DNA from: Chthoniobacterales bacterium
Lineage (GTDB): Bacteria; Verrucomicrobiota; Verrucomicrobiia; Chthoniobacterales; JBDTJR01
DNA: 52,294 bases
Assembly: GCA_039935735.1 (NCBI GenBank)
Contig: JBDTJR010000258.1
Coordinates: 1-52,294 of the forward strand
Reading direction: 5' to 3'
Below the pieces are notes generated by a model. That model made no database searches. It had not been told where the DNA came from and was given only the letters and a program-made list of their open reading frames with translations. The position numbers were made by a program, and so were the translations under genes. Shown here piece after piece: positions 1 to 11,822 of the stretch; position 1 is the stretch's first letter, and every line of letters starts with the position of its first letter.

Positions 1-1857
<1,857 letters not shown>

Positions 1858-1861
<4 letters not shown>

Positions 1862-2805
1862 TTTTTGCGTTTCAAATACCATTCAACAAATTTGGGAATA
1901 CCCTCGATGATTTTCGTCTGAGGATCATAACCGAGCAGTCGCTTTGCCTTGCTGATGTCTGCGAAGGTTGCAGGCATGTCGCCTTTTAATTCGGGAAGCT
2001 GCTCGATGAGCGCCTTTTTTCCAACGGTATGCTCAAGTGCCGCGATCAATTCATTCAGCGTCGTGGTCTGGCTTTCGCCGAGATTGAAGATATCGAAATT
2101 CGGGCCTTTATACTTAATCGCGCCTTCGACGCCCTGGACGATGTCGTCCACATACGTGTAGTCGCGCCGAGATTCACCGGCTCCGAATTTCGGAATCGGC
2201 TTCCCGTTGTAAATCGAATCGGTGAATTTGTAGATCGCAAGATCAGGGCGCTGACCGGGACCGTAGACGGTAAAAAATCGCAGGCATACCACGCGCATTC
2301 CGTGAAGGTAGGCGAAGTTTCCGCAAAGCTGTTCACCCGCAAGCTTTGTCGCGGCGTAAGGACTCAAGGTTTGTGGCAGGGCCAGATCTTCCGAAAAAGG
2401 AATCGTCGTCGCCAATCCATAAACCGACGAACTCGACGCGAAAAGGAAGTGTCCACAATCCGCATTTTTCGCCGCTTCCAGCAGATTAAACGTCCCGCCA
2501 ACATTCGTTTCGATATATTGCCGGGGATTTTGGATGGAAGGCCTCACTCCGGCGCGGGCGGCCAGGTGCACTACGAGATCGAAACGGCCTTCCTGAAAAA
2601 TCCGGTTTACGGCATCGGCATCGCAAATATTCGCCTCAATGACACGGGCCTTTCCTCCAAAGGATTCCACATTCTCCCGCTTGATCTGGGGGTCGTAGAA
2701 ATCGTTAAAATCGTCCAGCACCGTCACCTCCGTACCGTTTTGCAACAGTCTACGGGTAAGGTGAGAGCCAATAAAGCCGGCTCCGCCAGTGACAAGGATC
2801 TTCAT
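1858..2805 (-). CDS. NAD-dependent epimerase, UDP-glucuronate 4-epimerase-like (extended SDR)
   Basis: Motifs TGGAGFIGS, HLAARAGVRPS, ASSSSVYG, YAATK, RFFTVYGPGQRPDLA and RDYTYVDD. Confidence 0.92.
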
Positions 2806-2862
2806 CGAAAAAGCCTATTGGTCAGGGGAAAATCCCGGCAAGGAAATTCCCGCGCGTTTTCA

Positions 2863-3927
2863 TTAAATATCACTTTCTTTGTCGATATTTAATGATTCGG
2901 GCGATGAAAGCGCCGTATCGGTGTCGATTCCGCTAATATTCCGGTTCAAGGTTTTCGCCACCATCGCGGCTACGGGATTACGCGGGCGGTCAAAAACGAA
3001 GAGGCGTTTCCACTTTTCCTCGGGCTGCCAGATGATCAGGTCATCCTGTAAAAACCGCGATTCGTGCTCGACCTTGCAGGCGTCGATATCGAGCGCCAGT
3101 GCGATATCTCCAAAGAATTTTTTCGCCAGAAAATAAATAATCTGCGGTTCCTCGCGGATGCCCACCAGCCACCCATCGCGATTGACGGAGATGTTTTTGC
3201 CTCGGCCGGAGATAACTTTTACCGCCCACTCGACATTTACCTCTCCGGGGCGAATCTGGCGAAGGAGTGTCTCGTAATCATGCGGAAGCCGTGACGGCAA
3301 TTGATCGATCTCGGGATAATGCGCGGGCTGCTGGAGCTTTCGCCATGCGAGCCAGATTTTTACACGAATCGTCCGGTAAAGGATCGGTACCAGCCAGAGG
3401 ATCAGGAGAACGATTACGACGAAAACCGCCAGAGCGACGATAGGATTCCACCAGATCAACGCGAGACCTCCGATTACTGCGAGATCTTCGCCAACACTTA
3501 AGCCGATATTCGAAAACGGCTCCGGCGAGCCATTCGCAATCAGGCGCGTGCCAGCCTTTGCGCTATGCGTCGCAAGACTCATACCACCCCCGAGAAGCGC
3601 GGCGATGACATCGTAGGTCGGATTTGGATAACCGATTGCCGTCACAGCCAGCAACGCACCGCCCACGGGCCTGATCGCAGTGTGAACCGAATCCCACAGC
3701 GAATCAATCCATGGAATCTTGTCCGCAAAAAATTCAATGAAATATAAAACTCCCGCAATAATAATGACGATGGGATCGCCGAGGACTTCGAGCTGATGAT
3801 ATTGCGCGGTGAGCACGATCCAGTGAAAATGAATCGCCAACCCGCTGACAAAAACCGTCAGATAAAGATTAAGTCCCGCAAGGGTTGCGAGCCCCAGGCC
3901 CACGCTGAGAAGCCGAAGCGTTTCCAT
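2863..3927 (-). CDS. DUF4126-domain membrane protein with a soluble C-terminal extension
   Basis: GLNLY, EFFADKIPWIDSLWDSVHTAIRPVGGALL, HSAKAGTR and SPEPFSNIGLSVGED match the DUF4126 pattern. Start taken at METLRLL (3927). Confidence 0.85.
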   Translation of the reverse strand: METLRLLSVGLGLATLAGLNLYLTVFVSGLAIHFHWIVLTAQYHQLEVLGDPIVIIIAGVLYFIEFFADKIPWIDSLWDSVHTAIRPVGGALLAVTAIGYPNPTYDVIAALLGGGMSLATHSAKAGTRLIANGSPEPFSNIGLSVGEDLAVIGGLALIWWNPIVALAVFVVIVLLILWLVPILYRTIRVKIWLAWRKLQQPAHYPEIDQLPSRLPHDYETLLRQIRPGEVNVEWAVKVISGRGKNISVNRDGWLVGIREEPQIIYFLAKKFFGDIALALDIDACKVEHESRFLQDDLIIWQPEEKWKRLFVFDRPRNPVAAMVAKTLNRNISGIDTDTALSSPESLNIDKESDI

Positions 3928-3970
3928 GCGGGCTACTATCGCCAATCCAAACGAGGATTGTCACGCTGGA

Positions 3971-4807
3971 TCAATACGTAAGAGAGACCTGCCCGCCGAA
4001 ATAAATGAGCGAACTTGCCGTATTAACCAGATGGTTCCATTGATTCGTGCTCGCGACGTAGCCGGAAACCGTCATCCAGTTTGTGACTTTAATCGGAACG
4101 CGCACGCCGTATTCAAAGTTATTGATTCCGTTAAAATAATGGCCGTCCTGCTGGGCATTGTAGCGAAAGTTGAAGTTCAAAGCCACCCAGGGGTCGAGTT
4201 CGATGATGTCTTTGTAAACAGGGATGCTGAAGTCGACGCGATTTTGCAGATAGCTGGCGGCATTTGGGCTATAGCCATTATGCTGAAAATTCGGGCCGAT
4301 ATTAAAATAGTAGAAAGTATTCGGACGGATTTTGATCCATTTGAAATCGAAGGTATAGGAAACTCCTGCGTTTACTTCATTCGAGTAAAACGGGTAGGCC
4401 CCATCCGTCACCGGCACATAGTAAAAGATGTAACCTGCGCTCAATGCCCAGTTCCCAATCGTATGCGTGTAACTCGTGACGATGTCCAACTCCTGATAAG
4501 CCGATTGATGCAGCCCTACCGCATACCATGCTCCGATTGAGAGGGAGTCCTGTTTGGTAAAATTATAGGTTAGCGTGGGCTGCACCCAATAAAGCGGAGA
4601 GCCGGGAATGACATTGACCCCGCGGAAAATATACAGGCTGTCAAACCCGCTTGCGAGGGTAACACCCCATGGCTTTGCAGGTTGCGTAATGACTACTTCT
4701 TTTTGTGTATCAGTGGCGGCACTTTGTGCATGCAACCAATTTGCGCCAAATAATACCACTACACAGAAAAATACCCACAGATGCTTTCGCCGATTAAAAT
4801 ATTCCAT
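3971..4807 (-). CDS. Outer-membrane beta-barrel protein (TorF/TIGR02001-like putative porin)
   Basis: Signal peptide, an SLYIFRGVN...QP motif, amphipathic aromatic-rich strands and a C-terminal GGQVSLTY BAM-type signal. Confidence 0.7.
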   Translation of the reverse strand: MEYFNRRKHLWVFFCVVVLFGANWLHAQSAATDTQKEVVITQPAKPWGVTLASGFDSLYIFRGVNVIPGSPLYWVQPTLTYNFTKQDSLSIGAWYAVGLHQSAYQELDIVTSYTHTIGNWALSAGYIFYYVPVTDGAYPFYSNEVNAGVSYTFDFKWIKIRPNTFYYFNIGPNFQHNGYSPNAASYLQNRVDFSIPVYKDIIELDPWVALNFNFRYNAQQDGHYFNGINNFEYGVRVPIKVTNWMTVSGYVASTNQWNHLVNTASSLIYFGGQVSLTY

Positions 4808-4897
4808 GCATCAAGCATGGAGCGAGGACGTCAAGACAGCTAATTAAAGACCATGGCTAATCCGTTAAAATTATATTAACGCGGTGAACGCGTTTTA

Positions 4898-6376
4898 TTA
4901 CGAAGCACCCTTAAACCAGCCAAGCTTCTGAGGAAGAAGGCAGGTATTGATTTGCTTTACTTCGGTGTAAGCTTCGTAGCCATAGGTGCCAAGTTCCCGA
5001 CCGATACCACTCTGTTTATAGCCGCCCCATGGGGCTTCGTTAAAGGTGGGATGATAAGTGTTAATCCATGTAATACCCGCGCGCAGACGGCGGATGACGC
5101 GTTGCGCCTTTGAGCCGTCGCCGGTAAAGACACCGCCCGCAAGCCCGTAAGGCGTATCGTTTGCAATTTGCACCGCTTCTTCTTCGGTATCGAATAGTTG
5201 AACTGTCAATACAGGTCCAAAAATCTCTTCGCGGGCGATCCTTGCATTGCGATCTTCCGCGAGAAAGATCGTGGGCTGGACAAAATTTCCTTTCTCGCGC
5301 TCGTCGCTATAGGCCCCGCCACCACAGAGCAGTTTTGAACCGTCGCTCTTACCGCTCTCGATATATCCCAGCACTTTTTTCTGATGGGCACGGGAAATAA
5401 GCGGGCCCATTTCGGTATTCGGATCAAGCCCGTTACCTACCACAATTTTACTGGTCGCTTCCGCGAGCTTTGTCAGGAATTTATCAGCAATCTTTCGCTC
5501 CAGCACGAGCCGCGAACCCGCGCTGCATACCTCCCCCTGCCCGACAAAAATTGCGAACATCGCGTATTCCAGCGCGACATCGAGATCAGCATCCGCAAAT
5601 ACGATGCACGGGCTTTTGCCTCCGAGCTCAAGGGAAATCTTTTTAAGGTTTCCGGCAGCGGCGATCATTATTTTTCGCCCCGTAGTGGTGCCGCCGGTAA
5701 ACGCAATTTTATCCACCGCATCGCTTTCTGCGAGACGTGCGCCGGCAACCTGTCCCGAACCATATACAAGCTGCACCACGCCCTTCGGAAATCCTACTTC
5801 ATCGATTAACTCAAACAATTTCATCGCGCTCATCGGCGTTAATTCCGACGGCTTTAAAATACAGCAATTCCCCGCAGCAAGACCCGGTGCGAGTTTCCAC
5901 GCCGCCATCATCACCGGGTAATTCCACGGAATGATCTGCCCGCAAACACCGATGGGTTCGCGCACCGTTTGCGCAAGAATGTTCGGATCACCCACTTCGT
6001 AGGTTTGCCCGTGCGGCTTGGTTGCAAGTCCTGCGTAATAGCGAAAACATGCGGCAGAATCACCCATATCTCCACGCGCTTCCCGCAGGGGTTTTCCATT
6101 ATTAAGCGTATCCATTTTTGCGAGTTCTTCGGCGTTCGCATCAATGAGATCTGCCAGCTTATAAAGCTTTGTGGCACGTTCACCTGCAGGGGTGTGGGGC
6201 CATGGCCCGTTATCGAAAGCCTCCCTTGCCGCAGCGATCGCAACATCCACATCCTCCACTTCGGCTTCTGCGGCTTTTCCGAGAACAGAGTTATCTGCGG
6301 GGTTTAAAAATTCCCGCGTCTTTCCTGATTTCGATGCTACGAATTTGCCATCAATGTAATGAAGGAGAGAATTCAT
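4898..6376 (-). CDS. NAD(P)-dependent aldehyde dehydrogenase (betaine-aldehyde dehydrogenase/GbsA-like)
   Basis: Motifs IIPWNYP, KPSE, FTGG, LELGGKSP, catalytic Cys in GEVCSAG, EEIFGPV and PWGGYKQSGIGRE. Start taken at MNSLLHYIDG (6376). Confidence 0.93.
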   Translation of the reverse strand: MNSLLHYIDGKFVASKSGKTREFLNPADNSVLGKAAEAEVEDVDVAIAAAREAFDNGPWPHTPAGERATKLYKLADLIDANAEELAKMDTLNNGKPLREARGDMGDSAACFRYYAGLATKPHGQTYEVGDPNILAQTVREPIGVCGQIIPWNYPVMMAAWKLAPGLAAGNCCILKPSELTPMSAMKLFELIDEVGFPKGVVQLVYGSGQVAGARLAESDAVDKIAFTGGTTTGRKIMIAAAGNLKKISLELGGKSPCIVFADADLDVALEYAMFAIFVGQGEVCSAGSRLVLERKIADKFLTKLAEATSKIVVGNGLDPNTEMGPLISRAHQKKVLGYIESGKSDGSKLLCGGGAYSDEREKGNFVQPTIFLAEDRNARIAREEIFGPVLTVQLFDTEEEAVQIANDTPYGLAGGVFTGDGSKAQRVIRRLRAGITWINTYHPTFNEAPWGGYKQSGIGRELGTYGYEAYTEVKQINTCLLPQKLGWFKGAS

Positions 6377-6413
6377 ACTGGAAGTATAGCCCCTTTTGAG
6401 CAGGTTTTCGATA

Positions 6414-6546
6414 CCTAATTGGAGAATGGAGCGCAGCGACATAGCCTTCGAAGACAGCCCGAAGGGTGGAGCGTAGCGGAAGCAAACGTGCGTCGTCACG
6501 TCCCATGAATAATGAGTTTTGACGACGCAAAACCCTCCAATTAAGG
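6414..6546. repeat. Nested palindromic element (MITE/REP-like)
   Basis: Outer inverted repeat TAATTGGAG (6416-6424)/CTCCAATTA (6535-6543). Inner stems CCTTCG/CGAAGG and TGCGTCGTCA (6489-6498)/TGACGACGCA (6520-6529). Direct repeat TGGAGCG(C/T)AGCG at 6427 and 6467. Confidence 0.6.
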
Positions 6547-6561
6547 ATAAACAAAAGCGAC

Positions 6562-7293
6562 CTAGTTTATCGCAGCCCAGACGCGATGCACGTCGTCATG
6601 GTCTTCCAAAGCCTGGAGAAACTCACCGGCGGAGGCTTTTTGCTCATCCGTCAGGGTTGGAAACTGCTTTGCGATATAGCCGAACTCACTGGTCACGACA
6701 CTCCAGCCGTGCTCGGTCAGCCATTGCGAAACCGAATGCACAGCAGCACGCTCGGTAATGAAACGCGCGCCACAAACTCCCTCGGGGATGTCGTCGTTCT
6801 GACTATGGGAAAGCGTCTCGACTTCATTCGCGCCAGCCTCGATTGCCGCCTCTTCACGGTCGGTTTCCACCGTGGCATGATGCGCTTCCACCAGACCGAC
6901 GTGATCGAAAAGAAATTTATTACTACCTGGCGCACCCAGCTGCCCGGCCTTGAAAAGAACCCGAAGCTCGGGAGCCGTGCGGTTATTATTATCTGTAAAG
7001 ACTTCAACAATGACGGGAACTTTATGCGGCGCGTAGCCTTCGAAGACGACATGGTCCATGACCAGCTTGTCGTCGCCGATGCCTCCGCCTTTTTTTACCG
7101 CGCGCTCGATAACATCACGCGTCACACTTTGTCTGCGCGCTTTTTCGATGGCAGCAAACAACCGGGGATTCGCATCAGGATCAGCGCCACCATGCTTTGC
7201 GGCGACCATGATTTCCTTAACGAGCTTCGTGACAGCCTGACCTTTTTTAAGGTTGGCGACGTCCCGCTTTGCCTGTAGCCACTGCCGTCCCAT
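6562..7293 (-). CDS. yebC: YebC/PmpR family protein
   Basis: MGRQW...KLVKEIMVAAKHGGADPDANPRL...IERAVKKG...FEGYAP...TDNNNRTAPELR...LEDHDDVHRVW. Confidence 0.93.
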   Translation of the reverse strand: MGRQWLQAKRDVANLKKGQAVTKLVKEIMVAAKHGGADPDANPRLFAAIEKARRQSVTRDVIERAVKKGGGIGDDKLVMDHVVFEGYAPHKVPVIVEVFTDNNNRTAPELRVLFKAGQLGAPGSNKFLFDHVGLVEAHHATVETDREEAAIEAGANEVETLSHSQNDDIPEGVCGARFITERAAVHSVSQWLTEHGWSVVTSEFGYIAKQFPTLTDEQKASAGEFLQALEDHDDVHRVWAAIN

Positions 7294-7314
7294 TGTAGAA
7301 GTATTTGTGAGGTC

Positions 7315-7767
7315 TTAGAGAACCTTCAGCAACTCGACTTCAAAAATCAGAGTCTCGTCTGGTCCAATGACTCCACCGGCGCCTGCCGATCCGTATGCGA
7401 GATCCGATGGCACATAGAGAATGATCTTACCGCCTTCTTTGATGAGGGGAATGCCTTCGGTCCAGCCCTTGATGACGCGATCCAGAGGAAACGAAATACC
7501 GTTATTCGCATCGAATTGCTTACCACTAATCAAAGTGCCTTTGTAATTTACCTTAACGGTATCCGTGGCGGCCGGGCGCTTGCCGGTTCCTTCGGTGATG
7601 ATCTTGTATTCGAGACCGCTATGGGTGGTTTTGACCCCGGGTTCATTTGCTTTTTTCTGAAGGAATTGCTGACCTTCTTCGAGTGCTGATTGTGCCATAA
7701 GTATTGAAGATGAAAGTAGAATTGCGACGCCGACCGTATAAAATATCCGAAACGTTTTACGCTGCAT
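7315..7767 (-). CDS. FKBP-type peptidyl-prolyl cis-trans isomerase, secreted
   Basis: Signal peptide; GVKTTHSGLEYK, VKVNYKGTL, VIKGWTEG, PSDLAYG and LIFEVEL. Confidence 0.95.
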   Translation of the reverse strand: MQRKTFRIFYTVGVAILLSSSILMAQSALEEGQQFLQKKANEPGVKTTHSGLEYKIITEGTGKRPAATDTVKVNYKGTLISGKQFDANNGISFPLDRVIKGWTEGIPLIKEGGKIILYVPSDLAYGSAGAGGVIGPDETLIFEVELLKVL

Positions 7768-7831
7768 AAGGGCTCGATATTAGACAATCACCCGTAAATG
7801 GCAATATCCCGTTTTACATTCCGACGCGGAA

Positions 7832-8440
7832 TTATGGCTGATGGCGCTTGAAATCCTCCGGGGAATTCACGTTGTTAAATTGCCGGGCCTCACCGGCAGG
7901 GATGATGTATCGCTTGGCGCTTCCGTCATTGATGAGCCTCTCCGCGAAGTCTTTCACGGCATACGCCTTGCTGTGGATATGCGCGAGGGCCACTTCCTTG
8001 CTGGAAATGGGATAAATGGCACACAGCGGCTCAACACCGCTATCTGCGGAATGAGCCGGGATGACCCCACTCGTCGGGGTACAATGCGAGATAAGATGCG
8101 CGAGTAATGCCGTGTCTATTCCGGGAAGGTCGATGGCGATTACGCAAAGATGCGTCACATCCGCCATGGATTCCAACTCAAGCGCGGTGGCAATTCCCCC
8201 CAGTGGACCGATGCTGGGATATTTGTCTTCCAAAAGCAAATGCACGGGGTAATCCACCTGCGCGTGGCGGGCCACAGAAACAAAAATCGGGGAAAGTCCA
8301 ACGCTTTCCAGAAGCCCTAGCTGTTTATCCAGCAACGTCCTGCCACCGATCTCCAAAGTGTGCTTTGGCACTCCCATGCGCGACGATTCGCCTCCGGCGA
8401 GAATTATTCCAGCTATGACCACGGCGTCCTGCTCTTTCAT
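7832..8440 (-). CDS. mobA: Molybdenum cofactor guanylyltransferase
   Basis: Motifs ILAGGESSRMGVPK, GPLGGI, DLP, EPLCAIY and FNNVNSPED. Confidence 0.88.
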   Translation of the reverse strand: MKEQDAVVIAGIILAGGESSRMGVPKHTLEIGGRTLLDKQLGLLESVGLSPIFVSVARHAQVDYPVHLLLEDKYPSIGPLGGIATALELESMADVTHLCVIAIDLPGIDTALLAHLISHCTPTSGVIPAHSADSGVEPLCAIYPISSKEVALAHIHSKAYAVKDFAERLINDGSAKRYIIPAGEARQFNNVNSPEDFKRHQP

Positions 8441-8445
8441 AGATG

Positions 8446-8913
8446 TTATATTTTACCCCCATCCACTTGCAATATGCCATCGGAAAGAATCCGGGCGCGA
8501 AGACCGCCATGGCCCTTCATCTTCTCTTCCGCACCGAGGCCAAATGCGCCATCCATCCAGTAACAGGGGCGGCATTCCTCAGTGCCGATGAACTCGACGC
8601 CCTGGATGGTAAAATGACTGCCAACCAGAGCATTGAGATCAACCCCTCGGGTAATGACATTGCGGCGGAAAACTTCGGTTCCCTTATCGTGAATTTCTAA
8701 TTCCTTACACAGCATCTCATAAGTCTCCACCGCGAAAAAGGTGATCTGCCCCTTGTAGTTTTCCTTATGATCAAAAAAACGGTCATCGCAAATCCCCTTC
8801 CCGGCGACGCATTCCAGTCGGTCTCTAGCCAGCATCGGTTGCGTACCGGCCTCTTTTCCATGATGGCCGAAAAAATTATGCGCACTCGAAATATAGAGAT
8901 GTTCGATTTTCAT
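8446..8913 (-). CDS. MOSC-domain protein (Moco sulfurase C-terminal-like)
   Basis: GKGICDDRF, GQITF, FRRNVITRGVDLN, CRPCYWM and GGLRARILSDG; adjacent to mobA. Confidence 0.85.
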   Translation of the reverse strand: MKIEHLYISSAHNFFGHHGKEAGTQPMLARDRLECVAGKGICDDRFFDHKENYKGQITFFAVETYEMLCKELEIHDKGTEVFRRNVITRGVDLNALVGSHFTIQGVEFIGTEECRPCYWMDGAFGLGAEEKMKGHGGLRARILSDGILQVDGGKI

Positions 8914-9014
8914 AAATTTCCGATGCGGTCTACAGTAATATCATCTCGAATTTTGACATAAACGCAACAATTCGCAGTTGGAAAAGCGGAGGCGATCTGG
9001 CATAGGCTGATGTT

Positions 9015-9806
9015 ATGCCTATTACCGCCGTGTTATTTGATCTCGATGATACGCTTATCGTGGACGAAGCCGTTTCAAAGGAAGCCTTTGAAGAAGTCGC
9101 TCTCCAGGCGAGCAAACTGGGGGCAAATCAGGAGACTTTCATCACCGACGTAATGCGTATCGCTCGCGAAGACTGGACCGTGGGACCACAGGTGGATTAC
9201 TGCCGGAAGGTTGGCATCAGCTCCTTTGAGTGCCTGTGGGGGAATTTCGATGGAGATGCCGATCCCCTGCCATCGCTAAAAGCGTGGTCGGCGAAATTTC
9301 GCGTCAGTGTCTTCGACAAGGCATTGCGTCTTCAGCGGATCGAAAGTCTGGAAGGCGGAGGCGACCTTTCCAAAGTTTTTGTGGAAAGCCGGACGAAGTT
9401 TGCGCGCCTCATGTCGAATGCGAAAGAAGTCATTGCACTACTCTCCGCGAAATATTCTCTTGGGTTGCTTACGAACGGCGCACCGGCTTTCCAGCGTGAT
9501 AAGTTCAAGTCCTCAGGTCTGGTCGATTGCTTCAAGGCGGTCGCAGTCTCCGGCGATCATGGCATTGGCAAACCCAACCCCGATCTCTTTCACTGGCTGC
9601 TTGATCAATTGCAAGTGAAGCCGGAATCCACCGTCATGGTGGGAAACAGCCTTGAGCGTGATATCCTCGGAGCGAAGAATGCAAAGATCACGAGCGTATG
9701 GATCAAGGTCGCCGGTTCCGAAGAACATGCGGATGTGACCCCCGACTATACGATTCACGATCTTTCCGAATTGCCTACTCTGCTGGAAAAAATCTCAGCA
9801 AGTTGA
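9015..9806 (+). CDS. HAD-superfamily hydrolase (subfamily IA)
   Basis: Motif I FDLDDTL, LLTNG, GKPNP and MVGNSLERDILGA. Confidence 0.92.
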   Translation: MPITAVLFDLDDTLIVDEAVSKEAFEEVALQASKLGANQETFITDVMRIAREDWTVGPQVDYCRKVGISSFECLWGNFDGDADPLPSLKAWSAKFRVSVFDKALRLQRIESLEGGGDLSKVFVESRTKFARLMSNAKEVIALLSAKYSLGLLTNGAPAFQRDKFKSSGLVDCFKAVAVSGDHGIGKPNPDLFHWLLDQLQVKPESTVMVGNSLERDILGAKNAKITSVWIKVAGSEEHADVTPDYTIHDLSELPTLLEKISAS

Positions 9807-10574
9807 TCAAGCCGGAGAGACGAGTCGATCCTGAAGCTCCTTGAGGCTGACGGTAAGGGGGAGTTTGTTGCCATCGGCCATTTTGACGATGTGGCCACCC
9901 TTGCCCTCGGTCACGATCTCAAGCACATGGGTGAGATTCAGTATGGCAGAGCGGTTTGCGCGAAAAAATTTCTCAGGATCGAGTCTCGACTCCAGATGAC
10001 TCATGGTTTCGCGCAGGAGAAGACGCCGCCCATCACGCGTGCATATTTCCACATAGTTTCCACTGGCGAGACAGCAGACAATATCGATCACGGGAACGAT
10101 TGATATTTTGATGCCGTCTTTCACGGCAAGGCGCTGTGGATACTGCGCTGAGGCATTTTGTGGCACAGCATGCAACAAGGCTTCGAGTTTCGTCGTGACA
10201 CTCTCCTGCTGCCGGTCTTTCAAAATGCGACGGACGTGTTCGAGGCTTTCGTGAAGACGTTCCTGACGGAAGGGTTTCAAAAGATAATCCACCGCATGCA
10301 CTTCGAAAGCGCGCACGGCATGTTCATCAAAAGCCGTTACGAAAACAACCAGGGGGCGGCAATCCGGCGAGAGGTCTCTCAGCACATCAAAGCCATTCCG
10401 ACCGGGCATTTGAATATCCAGAAAGATCAGGTCGGGCGTATGCGCGACAATGGCGTCGAGTGCGACGTTTCCATTTTCGCATTCCCCGGCAATTTCAATA
10501 TCCAACTCTGCGCCTAAAAGTTTTCGCATGCGTTGCCGTGCGGGTGCTTCGTCATCGATAATCAAAACCTTCAT
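9807..10574 (-). CDS. LytTR-family two-component response regulator (AlgR/LytR-like)
   Basis: REC domain (IIDDEAPAR, FLDIQMP, FVTAFDEHAVRAFEVHAVDYLLKP) followed by a LytTR domain (ASGNYVEI, FFRANRSAILN). Confidence 0.95.
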   Translation of the reverse strand: MKVLIIDDEAPARQRMRKLLGAELDIEIAGECENGNVALDAIVAHTPDLIFLDIQMPGRNGFDVLRDLSPDCRPLVVFVTAFDEHAVRAFEVHAVDYLLKPFRQERLHESLEHVRRILKDRQQESVTTKLEALLHAVPQNASAQYPQRLAVKDGIKISIVPVIDIVCCLASGNYVEICTRDGRRLLLRETMSHLESRLDPEKFFRANRSAILNLTHVLEIVTEGKGGHIVKMADGNKLPLTVSLKELQDRLVSPA

Positions 10575-11764
10575 GAATTCTCTTTTTCAGGATGAATCGC
10601 GACGACCGGCATTTCGCAGCGTGCGGTGATGCCTCCCTGCGGATTAGGCAGGAGATCAAATGCCGTGGCGTGGCCGGGAAAAGATGCCGCGAGACGCGCC
10701 CGTATATTGGCTACCCCCACGCCATGACCCTTTTGTGCATCAAGCGTCCAGCCCGCACCGCTGTCCTCCACTTCGAGAACCAGTTTGTCGCCGATACGCT
10801 CCGAGCGCAGACGAAGCGTTGAGCCTTCGGGATTCGGATCGATGGCGTGCTTGATGGCATTTTCCAAAGCAGGCTGAAGAATCAAGGGGGGGACGGGACA
10901 GGCCAGTGTCTCCATGGAAATGGCCTCTTCAATTTTCAATCGCGCGCCGTACCGCGTCTGTTGAATCGCAAGATAGTCTCGTGCCAATTCAAGTTCCTGG
11001 CGAAGTGGAATGAGTGACTTGTCTCTCGTCTCCAATGTCGCGCGCATAAGGCTGCTTAGATTAAGCAACACTTCCTCCGCTTTATCGGGATCGGAATGCA
11101 CGAGCGAGGTCAGGGTATTGAGCGTATTGAAAAGAAAATGCGGCTGAAGTTGTGCGCGCAAAGCCTGCAGCCGCGCATCGGATAACTGCGCTTCCAGTTC
11201 CAAGGCGATGCGTGCTTTTTCCGAGGATTCGCGCCGCAGCTTAAAACTTCCCACCAGCAAAATCGCTGCCACATAGAGAGGCAGCCCCACGGGAAGACTG
11301 CGAAGAAAATTCCCTATGGCAGGACCATTTCGCGGATCGTTACGTGGATCATTTTGGCGACCGGGGGGCGGAAAGGGAGGTTGACCTGGTCCTGGAGGCA
11401 GGCCCTCCGCATGTGCGCCGAAAGGCGGCGGCTGTCCCCCTCCCTCTTCGGGGGGCGGCAGGACTTGTCTCGAAAGCCAGCCAGCAAAGAAAACGAGCAC
11501 ACTACAGGCGATGATATGACCGAAAATAGAACGCGCAGACAGTTTTCCACCCAAAGGCAAGGCATAGCCCATGAGCAGCATGAGCGGACTGACGACAATC
11601 CACGGCAGCCAAAGAATGAACGCGCCATGAAATGCCTGCGACGCATTGATTCCCAGAACCATGGAAGTCTGGGCAACGAAGAGAAGAATCAGGCATCCCC
11701 AAAATACAACAAACCCGCCCATGACGATAACGATCGGAGATGAGGAGCGGTCACCGGAGGCCAT
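10571..11764 (-). CDS. LytS/YehU-type membrane sensor histidine kinase
   Basis: N-terminal TM helices, H-box LRAQLQPHFLFNTLN, LQPALENAIKHA, VEDSGAG and GHGVGVANIRARL. Start taken at MASGDR (11764). Overlaps the regulator start by 4 nt. Confidence 0.92.
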   Translation of the reverse strand: MASGDRSSSPIVIVMGGFVVFWGCLILLFVAQTSMVLGINASQAFHGAFILWLPWIVVSPLMLLMGYALPLGGKLSARSIFGHIIACSVLVFFAGWLSRQVLPPPEEGGGQPPPFGAHAEGLPPGPGQPPFPPPGRQNDPRNDPRNGPAIGNFLRSLPVGLPLYVAAILLVGSFKLRRESSEKARIALELEAQLSDARLQALRAQLQPHFLFNTLNTLTSLVHSDPDKAEEVLLNLSSLMRATLETRDKSLIPLRQELELARDYLAIQQTRYGARLKIEEAISMETLACPVPPLILQPALENAIKHAIDPNPEGSTLRLRSERIGDKLVLEVEDSGAGWTLDAQKGHGVGVANIRARLAASFPGHATAFDLLPNPQGGITARCEMPVVAIHPEKENS

Positions 11765-11822
11765 ACCGCAAAATATTATCCTGCACAGGCAGTCTGCACA
11801 AACAAAAGTTCCGGGTATCGAA

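Noticed and set aside
2029-2892. 287-aa plus-strand ORF, and similar antisense ORFs such as 3-389, 1091-1732, 6586-7278, 28563-29324 and 51912-52274
   Set aside because: Each lies opposite a well-supported gene and lacks family motifs.
6377-6499. N-terminal extension of the aldehyde dehydrogenase ORF given in the ORF track
   Set aside because: The 41 extra codons run through the palindromic element, and family similarity begins at MNSLLHYIDG. Over-long starts were likewise trimmed for the ORFs at 1882, 3945, 11740, 11863, 12733, 23808, 33933, 44160 and 45592.
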